In this document: positions 23,315 to 34,090 of the stretch, one piece after another
Layout: each line of letters begins with the position of its first letter
How positions within the stretch are numbered: position 1 is the first letter of the stretch
Origin: Candidatus Eiseniibacteriota bacterium
GTDB lineage: Bacteria > Eisenbacteria > RBG-16-71-46
Direction: 5' to 3'
Assembly (NCBI GenBank): GCA_963725865.1
Contig: CAVSAC010000015.1
Span: 1 to 59,410 of the forward strand
DNA length: 59,410 bases
Program-made: the position numbers and the translations under genes
Notes under the pieces: model-generated
Database searches by the model: none
What the model was told of the DNA's origin: nothing
Seen by the model: the letters and a program-made list of their open reading frames with translations, nothing else

Positions 23315-26300
23315 CTAGCGTGTGAACACCGCGCGCGTGCTCACCGAGCGCGCGCCCTGGACGAGGCGCACGAAGTAGAGCCCCGCGCCCGGCCGCAACC
23401 CCTCGAAGCGCAGCGTGTGGGCCCCGGCGCCGAGGCCGCCGACCTCGCGCGACGCCACGCGACGCCCGCTCACGTCGAGGATCTCGAGCCGTGCCGGCGC
23501 GCCGCCGGGCAGCGTGAACGAGAGCGTCAGGTCGCCGACCACCGGGTTGGGACGCGGCGCGGCGAGGGCGAGCGAGAGCGCCAGCGGCAGCTCGACCCAG
23601 GCCTCGCCGCCGTAGGTCACGGCGCCGTTGTCGCGCAGGCCGAGCCGGTAGCCGTAGCGCGTCCCCGCGACCACGTCGGCGTCGTCGAACACCACCCGGC
23701 CATCGCCGTCGGGTGCGACCTCGGCGAGCGGCGCCCAGGCCGTGTCGAGGGTGCGGCGGAACACGGTCACCGGCTCCCCCGTCGAGACCTCCCAGGCCAG
23801 GTGCGCGTGACCCGCGATCGCCTCGGCGAGCACCGCCGCCACCGTCACCGCGGTCACGCCGTCGGCCGCCCACATCACCGTGCCGGTGCTGCCCAGCCGC
23901 CCGGCGTAGATGTAGTGCACCGGGGTGGTGCGATCGTCGGTCCACGCCAGGATCGCGCCGCCGGCGCCGTCGCTCGCCACGCCGGGCACGTACTGACCGT
24001 TCACCGCGCTGCACAGCGCCACGCCGTTGGCGGTCCACTGCGCCGCGCCCGCGCCATTGATGCGCTGGGCGTAGACATCGGGGAAGCCGCCGCCGCGCAT
24101 GTCGCTCCAGCCGAGGATGGCGCCGCCGCTGCCATCCGCGACCACCTGGCTCAGCACCTGCCAGTCGGAGGCGTTGCACACCGCCACGCCGTTCGCGGTC
24201 CACGACGCGGCGCCGGCGCTGGTGATGCGCTGGGCGTAGACATCGTAGGTCGACGTGCGGCCATCCGACCACGCCACGATCGCGCCGCCGGCGTTGTCGG
24301 TCACCAGCTGCGCGTCCTCGATCAGCGCCCCGGCGTCGCACACCGTCACGCCGGCGGCGCCCCACGGCGTGGCGCCGGTGGGGCCGATGCGCTGCGCGGT
24401 GAGGATGTTGGCGCTGGTCGAGAACGTGACCAGGTTGAAGACCTGCTCCGAGAACAGCACGATCGCGCCGCTGGCGCCGTCGGAGGTCGCCCCCACCACG
24501 CCGCCGGAGAAAGCGGTGGTGCTCATCACGCTCACGCCGTTGGCGGCCCATGCCGGGCTGCCCGCGCCGTTCAGCCGCTGGGCGTACACCGCCAGGGACA
24601 GGAAGCTGCGCGCGTCGAACCACGAGATGATGGCGCCGCCGGCGCCGTCGCTGGCGATCGCGGGCCGGTCCTGGGTACCCGCGACCACGCACACGCCCAG
24701 GCCGTCGGCGGTCCACTGCGCGGTGCCCGCGCCGTTGATGCGCTGGGCGTAGATATTGGCGTCACTCGGGTTGCGCCGGTCGTGCCAGGCGATGATGGCC
24801 CCGCCCGCGCCGTCGCTCACCATGCGCGCGTCCTCCTGCACGCCCGCGGCGGCGCTCACCACCACGCCGTTCGCGGTCCACTGGGGCACGCACGAGGCGT
24901 TGAGGCGCTGGGCGTAGAGGTCGGGCGTGTTGGCGCCGCGCTCGTCCTGCCACAGCACGATCACCCCACCCGCGCCATCGGCGATGACATCCTCGATGAA
25001 CTGGCTGGTGGCGGCGGCGCACACGTCGACCGCGGCGGTCACCGCGGCGCCGGAGGAATTGATGCGGCGCGCGCGCAGGTCGTACTGCCCACCGCGCTTC
25101 TCGTGCCACACCACGAACGCGCCGCCGGCGCCGTCCGGGATCGAGGCCGAGCCGATCTGCACGCCCGGCTCGTTGTAGATCGCGGCGCCGTTGGCGGCCA
25201 GCTGCGCGTTGCCCGCGGCGTCGAGGCGCTGCGCGTACACGTCCACCGACGAGTTGCGGAAGTCGAGCCACGCGATCAGCACGCCGGTCCCGCCGTCGCG
25301 CACCGCGGTCGCGCCGATCTGCGCGCCGCTGGCGTTGCACACCGTGAGGCCGTTCGCGACCCACTGCGGGCTGCCGCTGGCGTTGACGCGCTGGGCGTAG
25401 ATGTCGGGATAGTCGGGGGTGAGGCGGTCGTCGTCGCCGACGAAGAACGCGCCGCCGGTGCCGTCGGGCACGATCTCGCCGAGCTCCGCGAGCATGGTGG
25501 TGGTGCTGGTCCACAGCGAGACCGGCGCGGCGCCCCACTGGCGCGCGCCGCTCCCGTTCACGCGCTGGGCATAGAGCGAGTCGGTGGTGACCGAGGAGTT
25601 GGTCCAGGCCACGATCGCGCCCCCGAGCCCATCGGCGACGAGGACGTTGCCGAAGGTCGAACCTCCGAGCGGGGTGGGGCTCACCGTCACGCCGGCGGCG
25701 CCCCACTGCGCCGCGGCGGCGCCGTTGACGCGCTGGCCCATCACCCCGAAGGTGTCGAGCCAGGTGATGATCGCCCCGCCGGCGCCGTCGCCGCAGATCG
25801 CCGGCGTGCTCGGCTGGCCGGTGCCCGGGTCGATCTGCGCCCCGTCGGCGGTCCACTGCGCCACGCCGGCGCCGTTGAGGCGCTGCCCGTAGACGGCGTC
25901 GCTGGCGCCGCGCAGGTCCTGCCACGCGATGATGGCGCCGCCGGCGCCATCGCTGGTGATGCCGGGCCCGGTCTGGTCGCCCGCCGCGCTGCACACCGAC
26001 ACGCCCGAGGTGCCCCAGCCGGTGGCCACCGCGCCGGTGGCGCCGTCGAGGCGCACGGCGCGGATGTCGAAGTCGGTCGCGCCCTGCTCGGCCCACGCCG
26101 CCAGCAGCCCGCCGCTGCCGTCCGGCGCGAGCACGGGCGGCAGGATCACGCCGCTGATGAGCTTGCGTCCGCCCGCGGTCCACATCGCGGTGCCGGCGGA
26201 GCTCACGCGCTGCGCGTACTCGTCGCCGCTCACGTTGCCGTCGCGGTAGTCCGACCAGGCCACGATCACGCCGTTGGCGCCGTCGGACACCAGGCCGGTC

Positions 26301-26674
26301 GAGAACTGCTCGCCGGGCTTGGTGCACACCGGCAGGCCGTTCGCGGGCCAGCCGGCCGCGACCGCGCCGGCGCCGGTGAAGCGCTGCAGGTAGACATCGG
26401 CCGTGCCATCGCGCCCATCGGGCCAGGTGACATACATGCCGCCCGCGCCATCGGGCACCGACTGCGCGCCGGTGGGTGCCGCGCCGCGGGCGGTGGCCCC
26501 GGCATGCGCGGCGGTCGCACGCGGGACGCGCGCGAGCCGGCGCGCGAGGTCGCCACGGGCAGCGGGGTCGCGCGCGGGCGCGGCGGTGGCGGCGGTGGCG
26601 GCGGTGGAGGCGAGCACGAGACCGAGCGAGACGAGGAGGACGGAGAGCGGGACACGGCGGCGAGTGACCTTCAT
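23315..26674 (-). CDS. Large secreted beta-propeller-like repeat protein with C-terminal FlgD-Ig/T9SS-type sorting domain
   Basis: Signal peptide, about 15 repeats of roughly 60 aa (DG.GGAI.AW.D.R...DVYAQR..G.G...W..G), and C-terminus PRPNP...LSFTLP....RLEILDVSGRRV...GLYFVRL. Confidence 0.85.
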   Translation of the reverse strand: MKVTRRRVPLSVLLVSLGLVLASTAATAATAAPARDPAARGDLARRLARVPRATAAHAGATARGAAPTGAQSVPDGAGGMYVTWPDGRDGTADVYLQRFTGAGAVAAGWPANGLPVCTKPGEQFSTGLVSDGANGVIVAWSDYRDGNVSGDEYAQRVSSAGTAMWTAGGRKLISGVILPPVLAPDGSGGLLAAWAEQGATDFDIRAVRLDGATGAVATGWGTSGVSVCSAAGDQTGPGITSDGAGGAIIAWQDLRGASDAVYGQRLNGAGVAQWTADGAQIDPGTGQPSTPAICGDGAGGAIITWLDTFGVMGQRVNGAAAAQWGAAGVTVSPTPLGGSTFGNVLVADGLGGAIVAWTNSSVTTDSLYAQRVNGSGARQWGAAPVSLWTSTTTMLAELGEIVPDGTGGAFFVGDDDRLTPDYPDIYAQRVNASGSPQWVANGLTVCNASGAQIGATAVRDGGTGVLIAWLDFRNSSVDVYAQRLDAAGNAQLAANGAAIYNEPGVQIGSASIPDGAGGAFVVWHEKRGGQYDLRARRINSSGAAVTAAVDVCAAATSQFIEDVIADGAGGVIVLWQDERGANTPDLYAQRLNASCVPQWTANGVVVSAAAGVQEDARMVSDGAGGAIIAWHDRRNPSDANIYAQRINGAGTAQWTADGLGVCVVAGTQDRPAIASDGAGGAIISWFDARSFLSLAVYAQRLNGAGSPAWAANGVSVMSTTAFSGGVVGATSDGASGAIVLFSEQVFNLVTFSTSANILTAQRIGPTGATPWGAAGVTVCDAGALIEDAQLVTDNAGGAIVAWSDGRTSTYDVYAQRITSAGAASWTANGVAVCNASDWQVLSQVVADGSGGAILGWSDMRGGGFPDVYAQRINGAGAAQWTANGVALCSAVNGQYVPGVASDGAGGAILAWTDDRTTPVHYIYAGRLGSTGTVMWAADGVTAVTVAAVLAEAIAGHAHLAWEVSTGEPVTVFRRTLDTAWAPLAEVAPDGDGRVVFDDADVVAGTRYGYRLGLRDNGAVTYGGEAWVELPLALSLALAAPRPNPVVGDLTLSFTLPGGAPARLEILDVSGRRVASREVGGLGAGAHTLRFEGLRPGAGLYFVRLVQGARSVSTRAVFTR

Positions 26675-27091
26675 GGCGACTACCTCCAAGGGGGTTGAGG
26701 AACGGCAGTCTCCGTCCGGGGCGGCGGACACGCAACAGGACTCTGACTCCCGCAGGAAGGAGTCCCGAAGCCGCGTTCCGTCACAGGGATACGGTTCCGG
26801 CGCGACCCGGCGCCGGGGTAGTGGGCGGCGGCCCGACCCCTGCCGGGGCGACTCGGGCGGGCGCCGCGGCGGGCCGGGCGGGTCGGGCCGGGCACGGCGG
26901 CACGGCGCGCCATGGGCCGGGCGGGGCACGGCGGCACGGCGCGCCGTGGGCCGGGGGCCGGCCGGCCCAACCCTGAACAGTCGTTCGTTGAACCGCCCCG
27001 GAGACCGCGCTTCGCCCTACCCGGCGCGCCCGCGGACTGCTAGTGTCTCCGCGCGCACATCGCGTCGACACCCCCACGGAGGCTTGCCCGC

Positions 27092-27573
27092 ATGCCCGAG
27101 GTCCAGGCTGGAACCCGCGTCCGCCCGCTCGACGAGCTCGACATCGGCGGATCGTCCGCATCGACGAGAAGATCACCGGCCAGTACCGGCCCGAGTTCTG
27201 GGAGCAGCGCGTGATGTTCTACGTGCGCCGCGATCCCGGGGGCTCGCAGGTGGCCGAGGTGGACGGCAAGGTCGTGGGCTTCATGCTCGGCGACTGCCGC
27301 GCCGGCGAGTTCGGCCTCGAGGAGCCCGAGCGGCTGGATCGAGCGCTTCGGGCATCGACCCCGACTACCGCGGCCGCGACCTGGGCCGCGCGGATGTTCG
27401 ACGCGATGTGCGCCCACTTCCGCGCCGAGGGCGCCACGAGCGTGCGCACGCTGGTGGATCGCGAGCGACACCGCGGTCGCCGGATTCCTCAGAGGCGATC
27501 GGCTTCGGCGACTCGCCGCTCACCGCGCTCGAGGTGCGGATCACCCCGCGAGTCCGAGGAGAAGTGGCGATGA
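27092..27573 (+). CDS. GNAT-family acetyltransferase (BadL-like subgroup suspected); frameshifted
   Basis: RIDEKITG..R..FW, VAEVDGKVVGFMLG...GEFG, GIDPDYRGRDLG; its stop overlaps the next ATG (ATGA). Confidence 0.75.
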
Positions 27574-28914
27574 AGGTCGAGAACGTCGAGCTGGAGAAGA
27601 AGTACCACGACGCCGTCGAGCACTGGCGGCGGCACAACTTCAAGGACTACGAGTCGCTGCTGCAGCACTGGGACAAGTACTTCCCCAAGGACGACGACGT
27701 TCTGCCTGTGCGCCAAGCTGGAGATCGGCACGACCGACTCATCCAGATCGGCGAGCTTCACGGGCGAGAAGAAGCGGCTCAAGCCCGACGAGATGACCGA
27801 GGAGCAGGCGAAGCACCTGCTGGCGATCATCAAGGCGCAGGCCTCGACCGAGTTCGGCTCGATCCAGCAGCACGCCGGCACCGTCGATCGCGCGCCCGAG
27901 GACGAGGACAAGTTCTGGACCATGCGCGTCATGGCCGAGGAGCTGCGCCACGGCTACCAGATGCTGCACCTGCTGCTGTCCGAGGACTGGAGCACGTCTC
28001 GGGCGGCGTGACGCGGCGAGCAGATGGTCGAGGAGATCCTGTCCATGACGACGGGCAGCCACGTCCTCGACGCGTTCAACCTCGACTACGACTCGTACAC
28101 GGACAACGTGGTGTTCGCCGCCTGCATCGACCGCGTCGGCAAGTACCAGCTGACGATGCAGAAGGTGTGCGCCTACAAGCCGATGGCCGACAGCATGCCG
28201 CCGATGCTGCGCGAGGAGGCGTTCCACCTCGCCGCCGGCGTGATCCCGATGCGGCGCTGGGCGCAGAAGGCCGCGCAGGGCGACCCGTTCGTGACCATGA
28301 AGATGATGCAGCACGCGCTGAACAAGTGGGTGCCGCGCGGGCTCGAGATGTTCGGCGACGAGCGCGGCGGCGACACGAACGTGAAGTTCGGCTTCAAGGA
28401 CCTGAAGAACGAGGAGGCGCAGGTCCGCGTACCTCGACGAGGTGAAGAAGATGATCCGCGACATCAACACGCGCTACCTGCGCGCGCGCTTCCCCGAGTA
28501 CGGCGCCCGACAAGGCCGAGCAGGTGCTGGACGAGCTCGAGCGCTCGCGCGGCGTGCATCGCGGCGTGAGCGCTCACGACCTGCTGCGCGTGCCCGACCG
28601 GCGCTTCTTCCGCCGCAAGGGCGAGCACGCGTTCCAGATGATCGGCATCGACGGCGAGACGTTCACCGACGCCGACGAGTACCTGCGCTACCTGGCGCCA
28701 GAACCTGAACGACGGCTACGTCGCGAGCCGCGACATGCGGAACTACGCCGACGCGCTGCGCGAGGTCGCCGCGGGCACGATGACGGCGAGGACGCCGTGA
28801 AGGCGATGCCGAAGCTCAAGCGCGTCGGCGGCACGCTGCCCGTGCAGCAAGGGCGTGCGCTGGGTGATGGAGGACAGCGCGGCCGACACCGCCCCGAGCA
28901 GCACCGGGGCGTAG
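27570..28914 (+). CDS. Ferritin-like di-iron oxygenase, BoxB/PaaA (aryl-CoA epoxidase)-like; frameshifted
   Basis: QASTEFGSIQQ, EELRHG, VLDAFN, IDRVGKYQL, MLREEAFH, NKWVPRGLEMFG; these parallel the BoxB iron-binding helices. Confidence 0.75.
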
Positions 28915-29092
28915 CGGCGCGGCGGGCGGCGCGGCGCGTTTCCGTCCCGCGGGGCGGTGCCGCTACCATGTGCGCTCGACCCGCTGGCTCGACGGGTCTC
29001 CAGTAGACGGTCCGGCCCCAGGCAGGGGCTCGACCGGCGCGCGGTGCGGCGCGAGGCCGTCCCGCGGCCCCGCCCGGCCCAACCGGAGGTTC

Positions 29093-29443
29093 ATGCTCTT
29101 CGTCATCATCGGACTCGCGGCCGGCGTGCTCGCGGGGGTGTTCGGCATCGGCGGCGGCATCATCATCGTGCCGGCGCTCATCCTGTTCGGCCACATGAAG
29201 CCGCAGATGGCCACCGGCACCTCGCTCGGCGCCCTGCTGCTGCCGGTGGGCCTGCTCGGCGTGTGGCAGTACTGGCAGCGCGGCGACGTGCACATGCAGG
29301 CGTCGCTGCTGGTGGCGCTCGGGCTGCTGGTGGGCGCGCTGTTCGGCGCCATGATCGGCCTCAGCCTCTCGCCGCGCGTGTTGCAGCGCTCGTTCGCGGT
29401 GTTCATGGTGCTGATCGCCGTGCGGATGTGGATCAAGAGCTGA
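29093..29443 (+). CDS. Half-size TauE/SafE (TSUP) family membrane protein
   Basis: GLAAGVLAGVFGIGGGIIIVPAL, ATGTSL; RBS ggagg. Confidence 0.85.
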   Translation: MLFVIIGLAAGVLAGVFGIGGGIIIVPALILFGHMKPQMATGTSLGALLLPVGLLGVWQYWQRGDVHMQASLLVALGLLVGALFGAMIGLSLSPRVLQRSFAVFMVLIAVRMWIKS

Positions 29444-29457
29444 GCGCGGCCCCGGAC

Positions 29458-29495
29458 GACGACCGCCGCCGGCGTCGAGGCCGGCGGCGGTCGTC
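29458..29495. terminator. Bidirectional hairpin between convergent genes
   Basis: gacgaccgccgccggc...gccggcggcggtcgtc, 16-bp stem. Confidence 0.6.
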
Positions 29496-29515
29496 CCACT
29501 CGGGCGCGGGGCCGG

Positions 29516-30245
29516 TCAGCGCAGCGCGTACTCCACCGTGGTCACCACGCGCAGCGTCTTCTGGACCTGGCTCTCCTGCATGATGCCCGGCGCCGGATCG
29601 CGCGGCAGGATCTCGAACACGCCCTGATTGGCGCGGCGGATGCCACCGACCGCGGCCCGGGACGAGCGCGCGAACTCGGCCGCGGCCTTCATCGCGTTGT
29701 CGTTGGCCTCGGCCAGCATCTCGGGCTTGAGGTCGTTGAGCCGCGTGAACAGGTAGGTGGGCCCGCTGCCGCCGTACTCGCCGCTCGAGAACACCACGCC
29801 GGCCGCGAGCAGCTCGCTCACGTTCTGACTCGCCAGCGCGACGCGGTCGATGTCGCCGGTGCGCACCATCAGCGTCATGTTGACCACGTAGCGGTTGAGC
29901 GGCACGCGCCCGCCATCGCCGTACGCGTTGGCGCGCGTGTCGGTGGCCGCGAGCGCCTGCAGCTCGACCTTGCTCGAATCCACGCCGTAGCGGACGAGGA
30001 ACGCGGTCACGGTGCGGCGGTCGGACTGGATGCGACGCTGCGCCACGAGCAGATCGTTGTCGGCGGCCACCAGGTGGAGCGGCCACAGCGCGACGTCGGC
30101 CTTCACGGTGCGCTCGGCCACGCCCTTGACGTTCACGGTGCGGTCGCCGGCGCGGAATTGCACCAGTCCGCGGCCCACCAGCCAGCCGGCGAGCACGATG
30201 GCGGCGGCGAGCAGCAGGGTGCGGATGGTCTGGTTCGTCGTTCAT
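29516..30245 (-). CDS. SIMPL domain (DUF541) protein
   Basis: RTVNVKGVAERTVKADVALWP, YLFTRLNDLKPEMLAEA, IRRANQGVFEI, KTLRVVTTVEY. Confidence 0.85.
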
Positions 30246-30595
30246 CGAGGAGCCCTCCCTGGGTCGAGGCGCACACACTAGCCGGAGGCGGGCGCCGCGG
30301 GGGAAGTCGGCCGGGCGGACCTGTGGGACGTCCGTGATGATGGCCGGGCGGACCCGCGGCCACCGCGCGAGGCCGACGCCGGCGGCGCGGTGCGGGCGCA
30401 CCCGGCCGAGCCGCCTGCTCCGCGGCGCGGCCGGCGGAGCGTCGTCGCGGGTCAAGGTCGGGCCACCGCAGGCCGATGACGCCAGCGAAGGCCCGTGGCG
30501 CGTCCCCTCGCGCGTGACAACCCGGGTCCGGCACCCGTAGAATCCCGCGCCCGAACCCTCACGAACGCGATCGTCCTTCTCATCGAGCCATCGAC

Positions 30596-32241
30596 ATGCC
30601 CATCTCGCGCACGCCGCACGTCGCCTACTTCTGCATGGAGTACGGAGTCGACCCGATCGTTCCCGATCTACTCCGGGGGCCTCGGCATCCTGGCCGGCGA
30701 CTTCATCAAGTCGGCCCGCGACCTGGCGCTGCCGGTGGTCGGCCGTCGGCCTGCGCTGGGAGCGTGGGTTCTCGAACCAGCGCATCGACGCCGACGGCCA
30801 GCCCTACGAGGAGTATCCCGACCTACGACCATGACTTCCTGCAGGACACCGGCGTGCGGGTGCGCGTGCGGGTGCGCGGCAGCGAGGTGCAGTGCGCGGT
30901 GGCTGGACCGAGCGGTTCGGCCACGTGCCGCTGTTCCTGATCGAGCCGGTCCACGCGGCGGACCGCTGGATCACGCACCGCCTCTACGAGGCCGGCACCG
31001 ACGTGCGCATCGCCCAGGAGATGCTGCTCGGCATCGGCGGCGTGCGGGCGCTGCACTGGCTCGGCATCCCGATCTCGACCTACCACTTCAACGAGGGGCA
31101 CGCCGTCTTCGCCGGCATCGAGCTGATCGCCGCGCGCATGGAGGAGCGCAACTTCGACTTCCCGCAGTCCTGGAACGACGTGCGCAAGCAGATCGTCTTC
31201 ACCACCCACACGCCGGTGCTGGCGGGCAACGAGGAGCACGCGCTCAAGGACCTGCGCCGCATGGGCGCCTGCCTGCAGCTGTCGGGCGCGGAGATGCGCG
31301 CGATCGGCGGCGACCCGTTCAACATGACGGTGGCCGGGCTGCGGCTGTCGCGCACGGCCAACGCGGTCGCGCAGCTCCACGGCGAGACCGCGCGCGCGAT
31401 GTGGGCGGACGTCGACAACGCCGCGCCGATCACCCACGTCACCAACGGCGTGCACGCGCCGACCTGGCAGGACTCCGGGCATCCGCGCCGCGCAGCACGA
31501 CCCGGCGAAGCTGTGGGAGGCGCACGTCGCGCTCAAGCGCGAGCTGCTCGCCGAGGTCCAGCGCCGCAACCAGCGTGGCGCTCGACCCCGCCGCGCTCAC
31601 CATCGGCTTCGCGCGCCGCGCCGCGGGCTACAAGCGCAGCGACCTGATCCTGCGCGACGAGGCGTCGGCTCGAGCCCCTGCTCGCCAACCACCACGGTGC
31701 ACCTGCTGTTCGCCGGCAAGGCGCACCCCGACGACCGCACCGGCAAGGCCATCGTGGCACGGCTGGTCCGCGCGCGCAGAAGCACCCCGGCAGCGTGGTC
31801 TTCCTCGAGAACTACGACATGGCGCTCGCGCGCACGCTGATGCGCGGCTGCGACGTGTGGCTGAACAACCCCACGCGCCCGCTCGAGGCGAGCGGCACGT
31901 CGGGCATGAAGGCGGCGATGAACGGCGTGCTCAACCTGAGCATCCTCGACGGCTGGTGGCCCGAGGGCTGCGCGCACGGCGAGACCGGCTGGGCCATCGG
32001 CGACGACACCAACACCGACGACGACACCGACCTGGAGAAGCTCTACCAGGTGCTCGAGGGCGAGGTGCTGCCGACGTGGAAGGACGCCCCCCGCTGGCGC
32101 CGGATGATGGTCGAGAGCGTCAAGATGGGCGAGACCCAGTTCTCGTCCGACCGCATGGTGCGCGACTACTTCGCCACCATGTACGCCGAGCAGCCGGCGC
32201 CCGAGGTCGCGTCGCCGCCGGTGGCGACGCCCGACGCCTGA
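30596..32241 (+). CDS. glgP: Alpha-glucan (glycogen/maltodextrin) phosphorylase, compact type; frameshifted
   Basis: VAYFCMEYG, YSGGLGILAGD, HFNEGH, FTTHTPV.AGNE, TNGVH, FARR...YKR, EASGTSGMKAAMNG, FSSDRMVRDY. Confidence 0.9.
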
Positions 32242-32454
32242 CCGACCGCGGCGCCGCCGCGTGAGCCACGCCACGCCCGACGCCGGACCGACCGCGGCGC
32301 CGTCGGATGATCGCATCGCGCTCGGCACTCGCCCGGTCGCGGCCCGGGCGGGATGAGCCGCGCCGCTGCCCGGTGCTAAGATGCGCGTCCTGTCGCGCCA
32401 CGCGGACCGCCGTGGGCCGCGGATCCCGACGACGCTGACTCCGGAGACCTCACC

Positions 32455-33184
32455 ATGGCTGTCGATTTGCTCGCTTTCGGCCCCCACCCCGACGACGCCG
32501 AGATCGGCTGCGGCGGGATGCTGCGCAAGATGAAGTCGCTCGGCCACACCACCGGGATCGTCGACATGACGACCGGCGACATGGGCTGGGGCACGCCCGA
32601 GGGGCGCGGCGAGGAGAGCGCCGAGGCGGCGCGCATCCTCCAGCTCGACGTGCGCGAGAACCTCGACCTCGGCGACTGCCGCATCGAGGACACGTTCGAG
32701 AACCGCTGCGCCGCCGCCGCCGCGATCCGCCGCCACCGGCCCTCGATCGTGCTGGCGCCCTATTACAACCTGCCGATCGGGCGCGGGCTCGGCCACAACG
32801 ACCACTACAAGACCGGCCAGATCGTCGCCAACGCCTACAACCTCGCGCACCTGCGCAAGGCGCCGATCCCCGGGCGAACCGCACCAGGCCAAGTCGGTCT
32901 TCTTCTACTTCCTGCCGCCCGGCACCACGCCGACGTTCATCGTCGACGTGAGCGAGTTCTTCGACGACTGGATGAACGCGATCGACTGCCACCAGAGCCA
33001 GTTCTACAACCCGGACCGGCCGCACCCCGAGCACGTGCCGCGGGCCCGCGAGGCGTTCGAGGCCTTCGCGCGCTACTGGGGCTGGCAGGTCGGCGTGCGT
33101 TACGCCCAGGCCTACCTGTCGGTGGCGCCGCTGCGGGTGAACGATCCGATGGCCCTGGTGAAGGACGTGATCCCGAGGCCGTAG
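32455..33184 (+). CDS. PIG-L family N-acetylglucosaminyl deacetylase (BshB1-like); frameshift near 32880
   Basis: LAFGPHPDDAEIGCGG, R.EE...AARIL, HNDH, VDVSE...AI.CH.SQF. Confidence 0.85.
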
Positions 33185-33289
33185 GCGCCCCGGCGAAGCC
33201 CGTAAGCCTTTCGGGATAACGGGCCAAAGTCGCCCCGCCCACCTGCCGAAAACCACCCCGAGGCCCCCCTCGACTGGAGGATCCCGGCG

Positions 33290-34090
33290 GTGTCACGACG
33301 GACCGTGCTGGTGGTGGATGACGAGGACCTGCTGCGCTCGTTCCTGCGCGTCGCGATCGGCGCGCTCGGGGTCGAGGTGGAGACCGCGGCGTCGGGCGCG
33401 GAGGCGTTGGAGCACATCCGCCGCCACGCCCCGGACGTGGTGGTCACCGACCTGCGCATGCGCGGCATGTCGGGCCTGGAGCTGCTCGAGCAGGCACGCC
33501 CGTTCGCGCTCGAGACCGCGTTCATCGTCGTCACCGGCTTCGGCACGCTCGGCGACGCCGTCAACGCCGGCAAGCTCGGCGCCGTGGAGTTCCTGCCCAA
33601 GCCGTTCGACGCCTCGACCATCCGCGCCGCGGTGACGCGCGCGCTCGAGTCCCGGCCGGCGATCTCCGCGGGCCCGGTCGCCGGCACGCTGACGTGCACG
33701 CTGCAGGTGCCGTCCGATCCCGGACTGCGCGCGGCGGTGTTCGCGGTGCTCGAGCGACTGGTCGCCGAGACCGGCGCCGAGTTCGACGTCAGCGCGCGCG
33801 CCTCGTTCCGCTTCTGCGTGCTGGAGGCGCTGCTCAACGCCATGCAGCACGGTCACCACCTCGAGGCCGACCGTCTGGTGCGCTTCCGCGCCGAGATCGG
33901 TCCCGGCGCCATCGTGTGCGAGGTCGAGGACGACGGGGAGGGCTACGCCCCGAAGCCCGAAGCCGAAGGCGGCCGCCACGGGCTGGCGCTGCTGCGCGCC
34001 CTGATGGACGACGTCGTCGTCGACCAGGGCGGGCGCCGCATCCGCTTCGGACGCCGCCGCCACTCCGCCGAGGAGAGGAGCGCCGCATGA
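33290..34090 (+). CDS. Response regulator fused to an anti-sigma-type HATPase domain
   Basis: Receiver domain (VLVVDDE, TDLRM, TG, KPF) followed by EALLNAMQHG, EDDGEG, HGLALLRALMDDV. Confidence 0.85.
   Translation: MSRRTVLVVDDEDLLRSFLRVAIGALGVEVETAASGAEALEHIRRHAPDVVVTDLRMRGMSGLELLEQARPFALETAFIVVTGFGTLGDAVNAGKLGAVEFLPKPFDASTIRAAVTRALESRPAISAGPVAGTLTCTLQVPSDPGLRAAVFAVLERLVAETGAEFDVSARASFRFCVLEALLNAMQHGHHLEADRLVRFRAEIGPGAIVCEVEDDGEGYAPKPEAEGGRHGLALLRALMDDVVVDQGGRRIRFGRRRHSAEERSAA

Noticed and set aside
23900..26460. Regularly spaced DNA repeats resembling a CRISPR or satellite array
   Set aside because: They are degenerate, in-frame protein repeats of the beta-propeller gene; there are no identical repeats with unique spacers and no cas genes.
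26885..26955. About 33-bp tandem duplication (ggcacggcggcacggcgcgcc.tgggccggg)
   Set aside because: Two low-complexity GC copies in an intergenic region; local slippage is a sufficient explanation.
13800..32300. Mass pseudogenisation or programmed frameshifting in pabB, pabC, the amidohydrolases, the oxygenase and glgP
   Set aside because: The indels are scattered in GC-rich runs while catalytic motifs are intact, which is the profile of long-read error.
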